Assembly (NCBI GenBank): GCA_051294375.1
Contig: CM119269.1
Coordinates: 15,077,918 to 15,141,917 of the forward strand
DNA length: 64,000 nt
Direction: 5' to 3'
From: Paraspadella gotoi
Taxonomy: Eukaryota; Animalia; Chaetognatha
Shown: one piece after another, positions 49,010-64,000 of the stretch
Numbering within the stretch: position 1 is the first letter of the stretch
Layout of the letters: each line of letters opens with the position of its first letter
Made by a program: the position numbers and the translations under genes
The notes under the pieces: generated by a model
The model's input: only the letters and a program-made list of their open reading frames with translations
Told to the model about the DNA's origin: nothing
Databases searched by the model: none

Positions 49010-52000
49010 ATGGATTCAGGGGTAGGTTTTATAGTACTTTAGGTTAATCTTGATATCACAATATTTAGAAATCAAAGATCTTTCTCCCTTCAATTATCTT
49101 CATTTTTGGCAGTCGATGGGGTGATCTGGGAATTGTGTACCTCGTCTCTCTTTGTCCCCGAGTTATTATTGAAGATTGAATGTTGTGACAGTTGTCAGTC
49201 TGGTTATACCTTCATGAGTGATGGTTTGACTTAACCGTCCTGAATTAAATGGCTGATGAATCTTAGATGTCGCAAGTTGTTAAAATCACCCCATAAGACC
49301 TGTAGTAAGAGCAACGACAATCACTTGAAGCGGTAGCTGTAACCAATTCTAGTAGTTTCAGATCGAGTTAAGTAGTTAAAATTATGTGTGACAATGGTAT
49401 TGTCTAAAGAGCTTTCGTTGAATTATGACAATTCTACGAAGTGATATTGATTTTAAATTCTGCTTCGACTCAACAGTCGTCGCCGATGCCTCGTCTATCC
49501 TTGGACTCTCCCCTCCAAGTGCCTTCAGTCACCTCCAACACTTCGTCGACGCTCTCCCCGATGAACCGCGGGGGTCCGGCCAAGTGTCCCTACTGCGAGG
49601 TGGTGGTGGCGCGACACTGCACCCTCCGCCGCCACATCGACTCGAAACACATGAAGAAGCGTCTCCGTTGCACCATCTGTCGACGCTCGGTCAAGTGGCG
49701 TCAGGACTTTAACAAACACATGAAGACACACGGGATCGAAAAAGACTTTAAGAACTACATGGAAGAGATCGTGGGCGACGGCGACAACGACGAGACCGCC
49801 GTCCCTCTTGTTAAAGCGTCGGCGTCGCCATCGCCCGTCGCCGAATCAGTGGTCGACACTCGATCGTCGGCGACGTCGTCGCCGCCGTCGGCTTCTCAAT
49901 CGTCATCATCTTCCGATTCTCAATCGATAGTCGGTGTCTCACAGAATCCGCCTCTTGATCAATCGCTTCAAACCGTGCAGACTTTTTCTCCTCAATCCGT
50001 TCTTCCTCAACAGTTGGTGCTTCCCGGGTATTACGCGCCTCAACAGCCTTTGGTTATCGCCGGCGCCGCCGCTCCCACGGTTTTTGCCGCTTTCCCCTCG
50101 GCGCCTTTGGTTCGAACTCCGTCCGGGAACATAGCTTCGCCGACCCAGTTTATCCCTGCGCTGTCGTCCGCTCCTCCGTCTGGACGGCTGCTGCTGCAAT
50201 GCGGCCTCTGCGCCTCCACCTTCGCGTCTCGAGAAGAATTCGATCATCACGCGGCAGAAGCTCACAATGCTGTTGTTCCTACCGGACAGAACGACGTCCG
50301 CAACGAAATAAACGACGACAACAACAACGACGACGCGAAATCCGCGACTCCGGCTCCGTCGGCCGCGCCTTCCTGCGTCGTAACTGCGGAATCGGAAGAG
50401 AAATCGATCGGCGTCGACGATTCTCTCGCTCCCTCTTCTCCTCCCGCCCTTCCCTCTTCTCCTCCTCCCGCCCTTCCCTCTGCTTCTCCCGCCCTTCCCT
50501 CTGCCTCCCATCGCTCAACACCGAGTCCCACACTTTCCCTCGCGGGTCGTCCGGATCTCTTCACCACTATCGACTGGAACAACGGGCTCGATCTCCTCTC
50601 CAATGTGGCGTGCCCGGCCCCTCCTCGGAATCACCCGCCAACCTCGCCGCTGCCCGCCACCACGGCACCATCCACCCCGCGGGCGCCCGATTCCTCGTCG
50701 CGCTCGACGCAATTGCGATGCTCTCGATGCGCCAGATCTTTCACCAATATGAGGTCGTTGAGGATGCACTTTGCCGCGCAACACACCGAAAGAAGGATAT
50801 TGTGCAAGATTTGTCGTCAGGATTTTAAATACAATTCGAGCGCAACATATCACCTGAGGAAGCAGCACAACATTACCGACAATTTTGCCGATTACAAGAG
50901 GGTTGAGGGTGAGCCTTGAGTGCTGAAGATAATTTTGCGAGCGTTTCGTGTGATGATTAGCCAGAGATCGAGGCAGATCATCAGACCATAAATTTAATTA
51001 AAATTTTAGTTGGTTAGTTTTTAACTAGTACGATACGATTATAGAAAGAATTTAGATATAACTTTAAACTTTTTGAATCTTTTTTTGCAATAGGTTTAGT
51101 CAAAATAAAATTTTATCCGTGTTAATTTTTTATACAGGTGAACCCCTGGACGACGACGAGATGCAGTTAACGAACTTCCCGGCCGACGCTTCACCTCTCC
51201 GCGACTCGCGTTTTCGATCTCCTTCTCCCTCCATCGTGGGCGGCGACGACGACGACGACACTCTCGTTCCCTGCGCCGGCTGCGGTCGCGGCCATCCCAA
51301 GGAGTTCGTCCGTCTTTGCCAACACTGCCACCGGCTGTTTAGGTAATTACAACGTGACGCACTGCAACCCGCCGCTAAAAAAATCGCCATTTTTAAATAA
51401 TTAAATTTTATATTGATTGGTTTTGATTTGACGTGGCAATGAGCTTTAAAATTTGTTTCATATTTTAAAACCCAAATGTTTTTTTATCGTCGCAATTGAT
51501 TGTGCTTGTAACGATTTGGGACAATGGTCCTAATAAACATCGTCGTTGTTAGCAACGTTCCAAATTATAGATCGCTTTTTTAAATATATTATTTATAATT
51601 GTATAAAGCTTAAATATATATTCTTATCATGAAAAAAAAATGATGAGGTGATACATTAAATATGATTTTATATAAACAGAACCAATTTTTTTAATATGAA
51701 AACTTTCAAATTATTTGTTTATATGTTTCTTTATCTTTTTTTTTTAAATTATATGTCGCTCTCTCTTTTTTTAAGTCGCTGCCTCTTCTGATTTGTCCAA
51801 AAACAAGTTCAGCTCTACAGCGGCTGGACTTCTCTCTCTTTATTTTTAGTTTTTTGGTTTTTTTTTAAATTATATCAGCATCGCAGTCGAGCATGCTATC
51901 ATTTTACCATCTTTTTTCATAATCTTTTTATTTTTTGTTTATTTATTCTTCATTTTTAATTTAGAAAGTTTTTAAAAAATTGAAAAAAAAATTGAATACG

Positions 52001-54502
52001 ATCGTTCTCCCTCTCTAAACCTTAGTCTTTAAATGAGAGATAATTTTCTGCTCATTTATGAGTCAAATTAAAACCAATTAATATAAAAATTTGGATATAA
52101 AAATAATTTGGGTTTTTACTATACAAAAAACCTTCAAGATTAAAAAAGGTTTGCTTATAGCGATTTTTTTTTTAACGGCGGTTTTCAGTGTGTCACCTTG
52201 TATTTTGCCGACGAGAACCTTAAAATCATTTACAGAAGTCTTCATATTATAAAATGAGGTACCCCTTTTTTGTGACCAGAATCTGTTCCCACCAAACTAC
52301 CCAATCGAATTTAATGAAATTTTACATTTAGAGTGCTAATGACTATATAAAAGGTGGACCCCTGGGGGGCCATAAAATGCTAAAAAATTTTTTTTTATTT
52401 TTCAAATTTTTTTAGTAGCATCAGGTGCATTGACGTTTTAAACATAAGAAAAAAACATTTTAGAACTAAAATTGATAAATTTGCAATAATTTAGCATGTT
52501 TGAAGATGCATGGTTCATCGTTTTACTTCCAATTTTCCCAAATTATTGCAAATCTGACTTTAACTGCTGATGTTCATGAAGCTAAAAATTAAGGTAAATG
52601 AATATTTTTGAGGTAATAAATACGTTTTTGTGGAAGAGTAAACGTCTGTGCAACTATTTAAAACAAAAATAATAAAAAAATTTGAAAATTTTTTTTGCCA
52701 TTTGTGGCCCTCAGGGGCTGCCCCCTCTGGGCCCCTTATCTCAGCTTAGGGGTGGAATGTAAAAATTCGCCTCGATAGTTCCATTTGTATCACTACTGGT
52801 ACTCCGCATGCAAAATTTCATTAAATTCTATTCAGTAGTTTTCTCGGAACGTGTTCTGGTCACAAGAAAGGGGTACCACATTTTATAATATGAAGCCTTC
52901 TGTAGTCATGTTCGCTAATATGGATTAAACCAATTTTTCAGATGCACGGCGTTGTTGCGTCGCCATCTGTGGGAGATGCATCGCGCCAAGGCTGATTCGT
53001 CTTCCGTCGCATCGCCTTCGTCAGGAGTCGACTTGTCCCACCGCTGTTTCCGCTGCAACATGCGGTTCGGCTGCTCCGACTCGCTCGCTCTTCATCTAAA
53101 ACACGCCCACGACGCCGCTCTCTTCGTTTGTCGACTTTGTGGTGCCGCGTTCCAAGACGCGACCATATTCGCTTCTCACTCCTCCCAGTGCGCATCTCCC
53201 AGATCTCGCGCTGCTCCCACGATATTCTCTCCTGCAGCAGCGTCTACTTGGGACGCTGGATTCGCTTTCGACCTCAACGAGATGGCGCCAATGACGCCGA
53301 TGGCCACGACGACGCCCGTCGAATCGCCGTGCGCCGATACTCGAGAGGATATGACGGCAATAGAAAGTTCGTTGACAAGTTCCGATTTCCAAGTGGCCGA
53401 TTCTGCCTCAAGAGCGGTCTTCTACAAAACGGACTCTGATCTAACTTCTGCAGTGGAACCACATCCGCCGCCCTCCGTGGCTCCTACGAGCTTTTTCTCA
53501 TCAATAACTTCTCCAAAGAGACGCGTTAGCGGCGACGTCTTCGATTGCGAAAACGACGACGTTGACGACGACGACGACGACTCTCTCCTCGGCGTCGGGT
53601 CCAACGCCTCGTCGTCTACTCCTCTCAAAGGCGGCAAAGTCCGTGGTCACTACCCTTGCGACAAGTGCTCTAAGGTCTACCAGTATCGAGCGACACTCAA
53701 GCTGCATTCCGAATTCGTGCACGACCGAAAGGGATTTGCATGCCCGCTCTGCGACAAGATCTTCCCCAGAGCCGATCATCTTCAGGTAAGCGGTTGTTTT
53801 TGACGCTATATGCATGATACCAAAAGCTTGTGGGGATAATCGGAGTTGCACTCTCAGACCGTAACCAAAGGGTTTCCTGTGCTGCCCGGCTGAGTAGGGC
53901 TTCTACCTTACCTGTTAGCGTTAGAGGCTTCGGACCCTCCATGACGCCGCCTGGCACTGGAGCAGTTATACTCGTACCATTTAGCTTTGTCACGTAGTAG
54001 GAAGTCTTTAGGGCTGTGGAGAGTGGATAAAATGCATGGTTTGGTTGTTGCGTTCAACCGCTTAGACGTTGGGTTAGACCGAGAGAAAACGGAGGCGAGG
54101 AAGTGTGAATAAACTGACACTGTACCATCCCAAGTTCTCTTTTCTCGAGAGGTGTATGACGAAGAAGGAATAGGTGTGGAAACTGTGGGATACATAATTT
54201 TACATATATCCTATCCTGATAGCGTATGTCTGAGTGGCCGCTCCGAGCGCTGATAGAAGTGAGGCAGTGCGAATATACTACCGCCACATCGTGCTTGTCA
54301 ATTTTTCTTGTTTATGATTTGATTTGAATTGCCCAATCCGCAGGAGCACAACGAAGAGATTCATCTCAAACTGAAATTTACTTGCGATCTCTGCGGAGAA
54401 TCTTTCGACAGAAAAAGGATTTGGAGAACTCATTTTCCAAACGTCCACAACATGACACCAAAACAGGCGCTGGCTAAAATCGCCGCTACCGCCAATTCTT
54501 AA
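49010..54502 (+). CDS. C2H2 zinc-finger protein, ~11 fingers in dispersed clusters with Ser/Pro-rich linkers
   Basis: Exons 49010-49021 (tentative start MDSG), 49477-50908, 51138-51342, 52942-53785 and 54344-54502 join in phase. Splicing reconstitutes fingers across junctions (CQHCHRLFR|CTALLRRHLWEMH; CPLCDKIFPRADHLQ|EHNEEIH). Confidence 0.9.
52233..52902. mobile_element. MITE with long terminal inverted repeats, TA-flanked (Tc1/mariner-type), in zinc-finger gene intron
   Basis: Left TA|CAGAAGTCTTCATATTATAAAATGAGGTACCCC..GTGACCAGAA; right TTCTGGTCAC..GGGGTACCACATTTTATAATATGAAGCCTTCTG|TA. Confidence 0.85.
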
Positions 54503-55019
54503 TTAATCGCATCATCATTTTAACAGTTTGTTTTTCATGGCTGATTTACATATGTATTTTTGTCCATTTATTCTTTGGCTTTTGGAAAATTTTGTTGATT
54601 TCGCGAATGGCGATTTTTCATAGCTATTACTCGAATTTGGTGCTGGTGTTTATTTTTTTTCGTCTGGTGAAAAAGTTTCATTGTAAATGATTTCAGGTTA
54701 ATTTTGATATCCCTGTGCAGTGTGAATTTGGGTCGTTGTTATTCATACTTTAAGTTTGTCTAGACTAGCGGAAATTACAATGCTGTTTTAAGTATTGTTT
54801 TGTTAGATAACAGTTATTCAAAGCGCGCAATTTCTTGAGATTCGTTGTATTTATTTTCTAATTTGTTTTAGTGGCTACGATTTCTTAATTCTTATGGCAG
54901 AAAAATATTAATTTAATTGTTTAAATAGTTTAATGCCCATTTATATTATATTTTTAATTTACCCTTAATTTTATTTGTTGTTATTTAAATAATACTAATT
55001 TTGATGAAGCTCAAACTCA

Positions 55020-55890
55020 GTACTAACTACTACGTAGTAGATTAATGTTTTGTTCATTTAAGAAATTCTGCCACCGTGCCTTAGGTATTTTGTCTTTATA
55101 TACTTTGGCTTTAAATTGTATTATAGGGTTTTTATTTGGTATGCTTACTAAGTTATTGCTTAAAACGTATTTTACAGACCCATACACATATAAAATTGAG
55201 CCAAACTTTTTTTTATAAAGTATAAAACATCGGTTTGAACAGCTCGGGACCATAACGCCTAATTAAGGGTTTAAAAACGTTTTAACCTCAGAACTAGAAG
55301 CTTACCATTAAGTCTTGAGAAGTTCATTAATTTGGAAGTCTGTACTGTAGCTAAAAATGATTGTACTGTATCTGTAAGATCTATTCAATTTTTTACATTC
55401 TTCTTCCTGCCTTTTGATTATGTATAAAACTTATCCTTTGTGCCCTTCTTTATAAGTATAAAGTTTTTGAGCTAATCGGGATTTACGTTTTGTTCATTAT
55501 CTTGGAAGTATATTTTATTTATGACATGATCTGATCCTATCGTTGGCAGAAATGTCAATTGAATAAATGTTTCTCTTTCAAACTGGCTTTGTGTGTTTTA
55601 AATTCAAATCATAATATATCAAGTCATTTCATTATTCAAATTCAGGTTGGAAGCAAAGATTAGTACCATTCCTTATATTTGTTTTTGAACCTTTATAGAA
55701 AGATTTAAGATATTTAAATCAAATTGTTTTCCTGATTCCAGAGGTAGCTAAAAGTTAGGCAGGAAAATATTTGATTCTCTATTCTCTATTCCATGTTTTT
55801 AAAAAACTGAAAACTACAGAAAACCTTTTTCTTATAACAGTGAATTTCAGTAAACTTGCTTGTATAATAATAATCTTTATGATCGCACAA
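55020..55890 (-). repeat. Segment repeated at 63362-64000; possibly a decayed non-LTR retroelement fragment
   Basis: 55243-55884 is near-identical to 63362-64000. The short minus-strand peptide (KARWQNFLNEQNIN) is only weakly LINE-like. Confidence 0.45.
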
Positions 55891-55957
55891 CTCAAATTTT
55901 ATTTGCATAAATAATTTTTAAACCATCTGAGAGCTCAAAAATTTTAAATTTTAATTA

Positions 55958-56833
55958 CAGATCTGGTAAAAAAAAAGTTTAAACTTTGAACCCCAACTAT
56001 TTTGCTTGGCTGTCGTCCTATTAATTAAAACATGGGTTTATTTGAAAACTAAGAAAAAGATCTTTCATTCGAGCCCATGACGAGGTTTTTATGTTAAATA
56101 TTATAGAAGCTGTGATAAAATTAAAAAAGGATCAAAATTTTGTCATAATTTTTTTTTTATGCTTTTATTATTGAAACTTCAAAACAGTTAAACTCAAAAA
56201 AAAAAAGCTGCAATTGTTGAGCTTTGGAAAGTGGGTTTTTCAAGATATAGGATCGCCAAACGGTTACATTTCTCTCTTACAGCCGTCTGTAGAGTTATCA
56301 AATTTGAAGCAACTGGAGTCCTTAGAGCGGTTGGAAGCAGGCGGCCTTTCATGTCCATGGAGAGTAAGGACTATGAGCTGGAAAGTCTCGCAATTTTGCA
56401 AACCAGTTGAGAAAAAAATGGAAAGAAGAATTGTTACATGTTCATTGTTCAACAGTGAAGAAGCGGCATTTTATATAGAGGATGGAGCTCCTAGATAAGA
56501 AGCCAAAGCTACCCAAAAATGTTATGAGGAAAACTGGATCGAGGTGCTCAAACCGACTGCAACATCATCAAAAATGTTTGGACAAGGATAAAAAAAGCTA
56601 TTTTACAGTATAATGCTACGAAGAGTTTACAAAATAAAACAAATTGTAAAATGTATTTGGCGGGAGCTGAACCCTTCAATTTGCACAGCCTGTACGACTC
56701 TCTCGCTCGTCACATGGTAGCGGTACTGGAAACATGGTGGTACGACAATGTATTAATTAACTGAGTCCTAAAAAATATTTTCTTTCAAATAATAAAATAA
56801 AATAACTATTAAACTTTTTTTTGACCAGATCGG
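55958..56833 (+). mobile_element. Decayed, internally deleted Tc1-like DNA transposon
   Basis: TA-flanked TIRs CAGATCTGGTAAAAAAAAAGTTTAA / TTAAACTTTTTTTTGACCAGATCGG. Broken transposase remnants FYIEDGAP, NIIKNVW, IWRELNPSIC, LYDSLAR and GGTTMY*. Confidence 0.8.
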
Positions 56834-57648
56834 TATTTAGTTAAAATAAAATTATTACTTCACTGGCGCACGATATTTTCTGCGTTTCTTTAGACTTTAC
56901 AAAATCAAAGAAATCTGTTTCTCAGGATCAAACGTTCTTCCACGTTAAGACAGATGTCACCTGGTAAATCTTTCGACGACAAAAGATTGTTTACTTCGCT
57001 GAACAGTCATGATTGACGTGGAAAAGCTAATAAAAAACTGATATCCTTCATTTGATAAATTTAATAAATGATTGTTCATTATGTTAATATAATAGGCACT
57101 ATTTTACATTCGCCGACTGGGGTGAGGGGATTAAGGGTTGNNNNNNNNNNNNNNNNNNNNNNNNNTTGCTCACAGTAAAATAATAATAGTAAAATAATAA
57201 AGTGGTCGTCAGGACTTTATAAAAGGTAAAAACTAAGAGTTCTGTAATATAAATATCGTTAGAGCATCCCTGTGGGATAATGAAATTTTTTTAAAAATTA
57301 AGATTTTATGTATTAGTTAATAACATAGAATCATTTAAAATTGATTGTATTACTATAAATTATGAAAAAATAATTTCAAATTCAGAATTTTTAAAAACGG
57401 ATTCTGGAAGAGCATAAAAAATAAATAAAAAATATTATAAGATTTTAAAATTTTTGTTTTATTTTTAAAATTAATAAAAAATTATAGTATGATGATTTTT
57501 AAAGGTTTTTCCCTTATTAACCACTTATCATCGAAATATTGAAAAACGCATTATAATTTGTAAATAACTTTTCATAGGTTATTTGAATCCGTTCTTAAAA
57601 AATAAATTTAAAAAAAAAAAATTTCATTGCTAATGCTTCAATGCGTAT

Positions 57649-58951
57649 TAAGGCGTAGTAAAAATTTCTATAACTTTAATTGAAATTCTAAAAGTGGGAA
57701 CTGTAGTCGGGCATTGCCTAGGTTCACCCCGCCGAGAAACATGACGCTTTCAGTTGTGACCCGGTGGCTCATTGAGGAAAGCCATCAGCTCATTAACACT
57801 AGGTACCGGGTTCAATCCCAACACGGTACCTACTCTGCGGGAAGCGTGAGGACGGCCGTAAGCCGCCTTGGGGGCATGGCAAACCCTCAAGCCTGGTTCC
57901 AAGCCCAGGGACCCGTTCCATGGCTGCTAGAGGGGGTTATAGAAGTTACGGACAGTCATCTTCAGCCCACGTAGTGCCTTATCCACACTGGTGAGCCCAT
58001 CCTGTCAGAGCGTATTCCAACCTTCTGATTCCAGGCCCTTGGTCTAGCTGAAGATTGCTCCCCTCCCTACACTGGAAGCAGTGCAGGGTGGGTTACAATC
58101 TGGGGGGCATGTAGTCGGGCATTGCCTAGGTTCACCCCGCCGAGAAACATGACGCTTTCAGTTTGGACCCGGTGGCTCATTGAGGGAAAGCCATCAGCCT
58201 CATGACCACTAGGTACCGGGTTCAATCCCAACACGGTACCTACTCTGCGGGAAGCGTGAGGACGGCCGTAAGCCGCCTTGGGGGCATGGCAAACCCTCAA
58301 GCCTGGTTCCAAGCCCAGGGACCCGTTCCATGGCTGCTAGAAGGGGTTATAAAAGTTACGGACAGTCATCTTCAGCCCACGTAGTGCCTTATCCACAGAA
58401 CGAACAACATTATATTAATGAACATTTATATATAAAAAAATTTATAATAAATTTTACAATTTACACAGTAGGCCATATTTATACTAGTATAAACCAATAA
58501 TGTTAAAATTTCAAAACAGTTTTTTCTAAGATTTTTTTGCAGATTTGGATTCGTCATAAAAAGTTGATAAAAAGAAATATAATTCTTTTGAAAAATTCCT
58601 TCATTAAGTAGGTCAAAAATTAGAAAAAGCTATATTTTAAGCTGAAAATTAACTTTCAATATATATTAAATATAGTTTTTTTAATTTTTAACCCACTTAA
58701 TGAAAGAATTTTTAAAAAATGAATTATATTTTCTTACATCAACTTTTGATGAGGAATTCAAATCTGCAATCAAAATTAAGAAAAGCCTATTTTGAAATTT
58801 TTCAATTTATAAGGATAGTACTATATATAAATATAGCTTATTTGGAAAATTAAAAACATAAAAGTAATTTTTTTTACAAATTAATGTTCACTGATGGTAT
58901 GTTGTTCATAATGACTTTTAAAATTTCGTAGGCAACTTTCACTACGCCTTA
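57649..58951. mobile_element. Non-autonomous TIR DNA element with 8-bp target-site duplication (hAT-like)
   Basis: TIRs TAAGGCGTAGTAAAA / TTTCACTACGCCTTA, flanked on both sides by ATGCGTAT (57641-57648 and 58952-58959). Confidence 0.85.
57702..58397 (+). mobile_element. TRIM-like miniature LTR retroelement (two ~287-bp LTRs, 122-bp interior)
   Basis: LTRs 57702-57987 and 58110-58397 are both TGT...ACA. PBS-like TGGTGAGCCC at 57989, G-rich tract just before the 3' LTR, and a 4-bp TSD GAAC (57698-57701, 58398-58401). Confidence 0.9.
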
Positions 58952-59249
58952 ATGCGTATGCTTCAATGTTATACTGTGCTTCACTAGTTAACAAAATGAT
59001 AGTAAACATTAATTAATTATATGATGGACAAATGAATTTTATTTTACAAAACTCCTAATGAAAAAAGTGATCAATTTTGGCCCGCCTTATTGCTTAAGGT
59101 CAAATGTAATTAAGGTTAAGGGGTTTACGTTGTATACAAAGTAGCGACAATCCTAATCGGCGAAATTAAAATTTTAGGTTAATCTAATGTGGATATTTCG
59201 CGGATTAATATTTACACCGCATTTTCTTGATAATTATTTTGGTGTGAGG

Positions 59250-61991
<2,742 letters not shown>

Positions 61992-62066
61992 TTTCGCTAT
62001 TGCACTATTTGTCTGGAATTTAGTTAATGTGACAAACTTTTTTATTTTATATTCGAGCTTTCAAAA

Positions 62067-62728
62067 ATGCCTTTGCCAAAGGCTTTGGCAACTGAAAAGT
62101 TCCGACTTTATAATCCACCTTTGGAAGAAGTTGGGGAAGTCTTTGCCTCCGGATGCGTATAACTTTCATGACGTAGAGGTCCGCGTAGTCACTTGTCCTG
62201 ACCTCTCGACTCCCCTTTCGGTTTGGCCGCGCCGGGTCTCTGTGGTGACGCCGCCTCGCGACGTCGGTGGTGTCGGCAATTTGATACCGGACGCCGAGAC
62301 CAGCGAAAACTTTCTCCTTCGAAAAAATCGCGTCAGCTGCGGAACTTAGCAATGGCGGCGCTGATCGGACCCGGTGCGCGGAGATTCTCGTTTTGTAGGT
62401 CTGTACTTTCAACTAGCAACTATAACCTGTTTGTTTACATCTACGACTTGAATACAACATAAAGGTACGAATGTTGAGATGATGGCCAATCTTCAGGATC
62501 CTTGGTCCAAACCACGTCGTGAATCGATCTCGTTTCTCCAAAGTCGGCGGAAACGATGAATGCGCGCTGGACGTATACCAGACGATGAACTTTGCTCTAA
62601 TGGCGAATCTGTTTCTGTCTAGAGGTGAATGGATTTTTTTTTTCTTACTTATATTAATTACTGTAAACATTTTCTTTCTATTACCGATCGCAGGCGAAAT
62701 CGGCCTCCTTTTACATTCGCCGACTGGG
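62067..62728 (+). CDS. C11orf54: C11orf54/PTD012 (DUF1907) homologue, 5' half; frameshifted as assembled, remainder not in window
   Basis: Exons ~62067-62398, 62465-62624 and 62694-62728 give FRLYNPPLEEVGEV, NFHDVEVRVVTCPDLS, DVGGVGNLIP, LIGPGA, GTNVEMMANL and CALDVYQTMNFALMANLFLSRG. These are colinear with human C11orf54 as I recall it (PSLEEL, NFADVQVSVVDCPDLT, EVGGVPYLLP, ILGAGAG, ALLANLFASEG). Confidence 0.88.
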
Positions 62729-64000
62729 GTGAGGGGATTAAGGGTTGCCTCACAAGGTAAAATAATAATAGTAAAATAATAAGTGGTCGTCAGGACTTTA
62801 TAAAAGGTAAAAACTAAGAGTTCTGTAATATAAATATCGTTAGAGCATCCCTGTGGGATAATGAAATTTTTTTAAAAATTAAGATTTTATGTATAGTTAA
62901 TAACATNNNNNNNNNNNNNNNNNNNNNNNNNNNNNNNNNNNNNNNNNNNNNNNNNNNNNNNNNNNNNNNNNNNNNNNNNNNNNNNNNNNNNNNNNNNNNN
63001 NNNNNNNNNNNNNNNNNNNNNNNNNNNNNNNNNNNNNNNNNNNNNNNNNNNNNNNNNNNNNNNNNNNNNNNNNNNNNNNNNNNNNNNNNNNNNNNNNNNN
63101 NNNNNNNNNNNNNNNNNNNNNNNNNNNNNNNNNNNNNNNNNNNNNNNNNNNNNNNNNNNNNNNNNNNNNNNNNNNNNNNNNNNNNNNNNNNATATTGAAA
63201 AACGCATTATAATTTGTAAATAACTTTTCATAGGTTATTTGAATCCGTTCTTAAAAAATAAATTTAAAAAAAAAAATTTTCATTGCTAATGCTTCAATGC
63301 GTATTAAGGCGTAGTAAAATTTCTAAATTTAACTTTNNNNNNNNNNNNNNNNNNNNNNNNNTCGGGACCATAAACGCCTAATTAAGGGTTTAAAAACGTT
63401 TTAACCTCAGAACTAGACAGCTTACCATTAAGTCTTGAGAAGTTCATAATTTGGAAGTCTGTACTGTAGCTAAAAATGATTGTACTGTATCTGTAAGATC
63501 TATTCAATTTTTTACATTCTTCTTCCTGCCTTTTGATTATGTATAAAACTTATCCTTTGTGCCTTCTTTATAAGTATAAAGTTTTTGAGCTAAGTCGGGA
63601 TTTACGTTTGTTCATTATCTTGGAAGTATATTTTATTTATGACATGATCTGATCCTATCGTTGGCAGAAATGTCAATTGAATAATGTTTCTCTTTCAAAC
63701 TGGCTTTGGTGTTTTTAAATTCAAATCATAATATATCAAGTCATTTCATTATTCAAATTCAGGTTGGAAGCAAAGATTAGTACCATTCCTTATATTTTTT
63801 TTGAACCTTTATAGAAAGATTTAAGATATTTAAATCAAATTGTTTTCCTGATTCCAGAGGTAGCTAAAAGTTAGGCAGGAAAATATTTGATTCTCTATTC
63901 TCTATTCCATGTTTTTAAAAAACTGAAAACTACAGAAAACCTTTTTCTTATAACAGTGAATTTCAGTAAACTTGCTTGTATAATAATAATCTTTATGATC

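Noticed and set aside
49525-53851. Overlapping Arg-rich alternative-frame and antisense ORFs
   Set aside because: By-products of the GC-rich zinc-finger exons.
57714-58384. Duplicated short ORFs or a hammerhead ribozyme in the direct repeats
   Set aside because: The repeats are LTRs. CTGAAGA occurs, but I could not find a correctly placed GAAA core or the required stems.
62047-62670. Minus-strand ORFs (121 aa and 85 aa) as a gene
   Set aside because: They lie opposite the recognisable C11orf54 exons and show no family motifs.

Overview
AT-rich, intron-containing animal genomic DNA from a draft assembly with N gaps and indel-rich stretches. 1-37 kb holds an R3-subtype receptor protein tyrosine phosphatase (PTPRB/PTPRJ/Ptp10D-like) whose ectodomain carries a very large intronless array of 261-bp fibronectin-III repeats. 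It appears twice: an indel-riddled copy (1-~17.9 kb) and a mostly clean copy (19.3-37.2 kb), probably an uncollapsed haplotype. Downstream on the + strand are a Ral GTPase, an astacin protease with three ShKT domains, an ~11-finger C2H2 protein, xylulokinase (XYLB) and a C11orf54 homologue. Main findings: (1) XYLB and C11orf54, two enzymes of the glucuronate-xylulose pathway, lie ~80 bp apart head-to-tail, suggesting an operon or spliced fusion. (2) Ral appears to have a 157-aa acidic/cysteine-string N-terminal extension and two equal-length alternative last exons (CCSVM vs polybasic-CVIL), a KRAS4A/4B-like switch. (3) The FN3 array is giant and near-identical. (4) A complete TRIM retroelement is nested in an 8-bp-TSD DNA element. 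All gene identities are by-eye recognition and manual translation, with no database searches.
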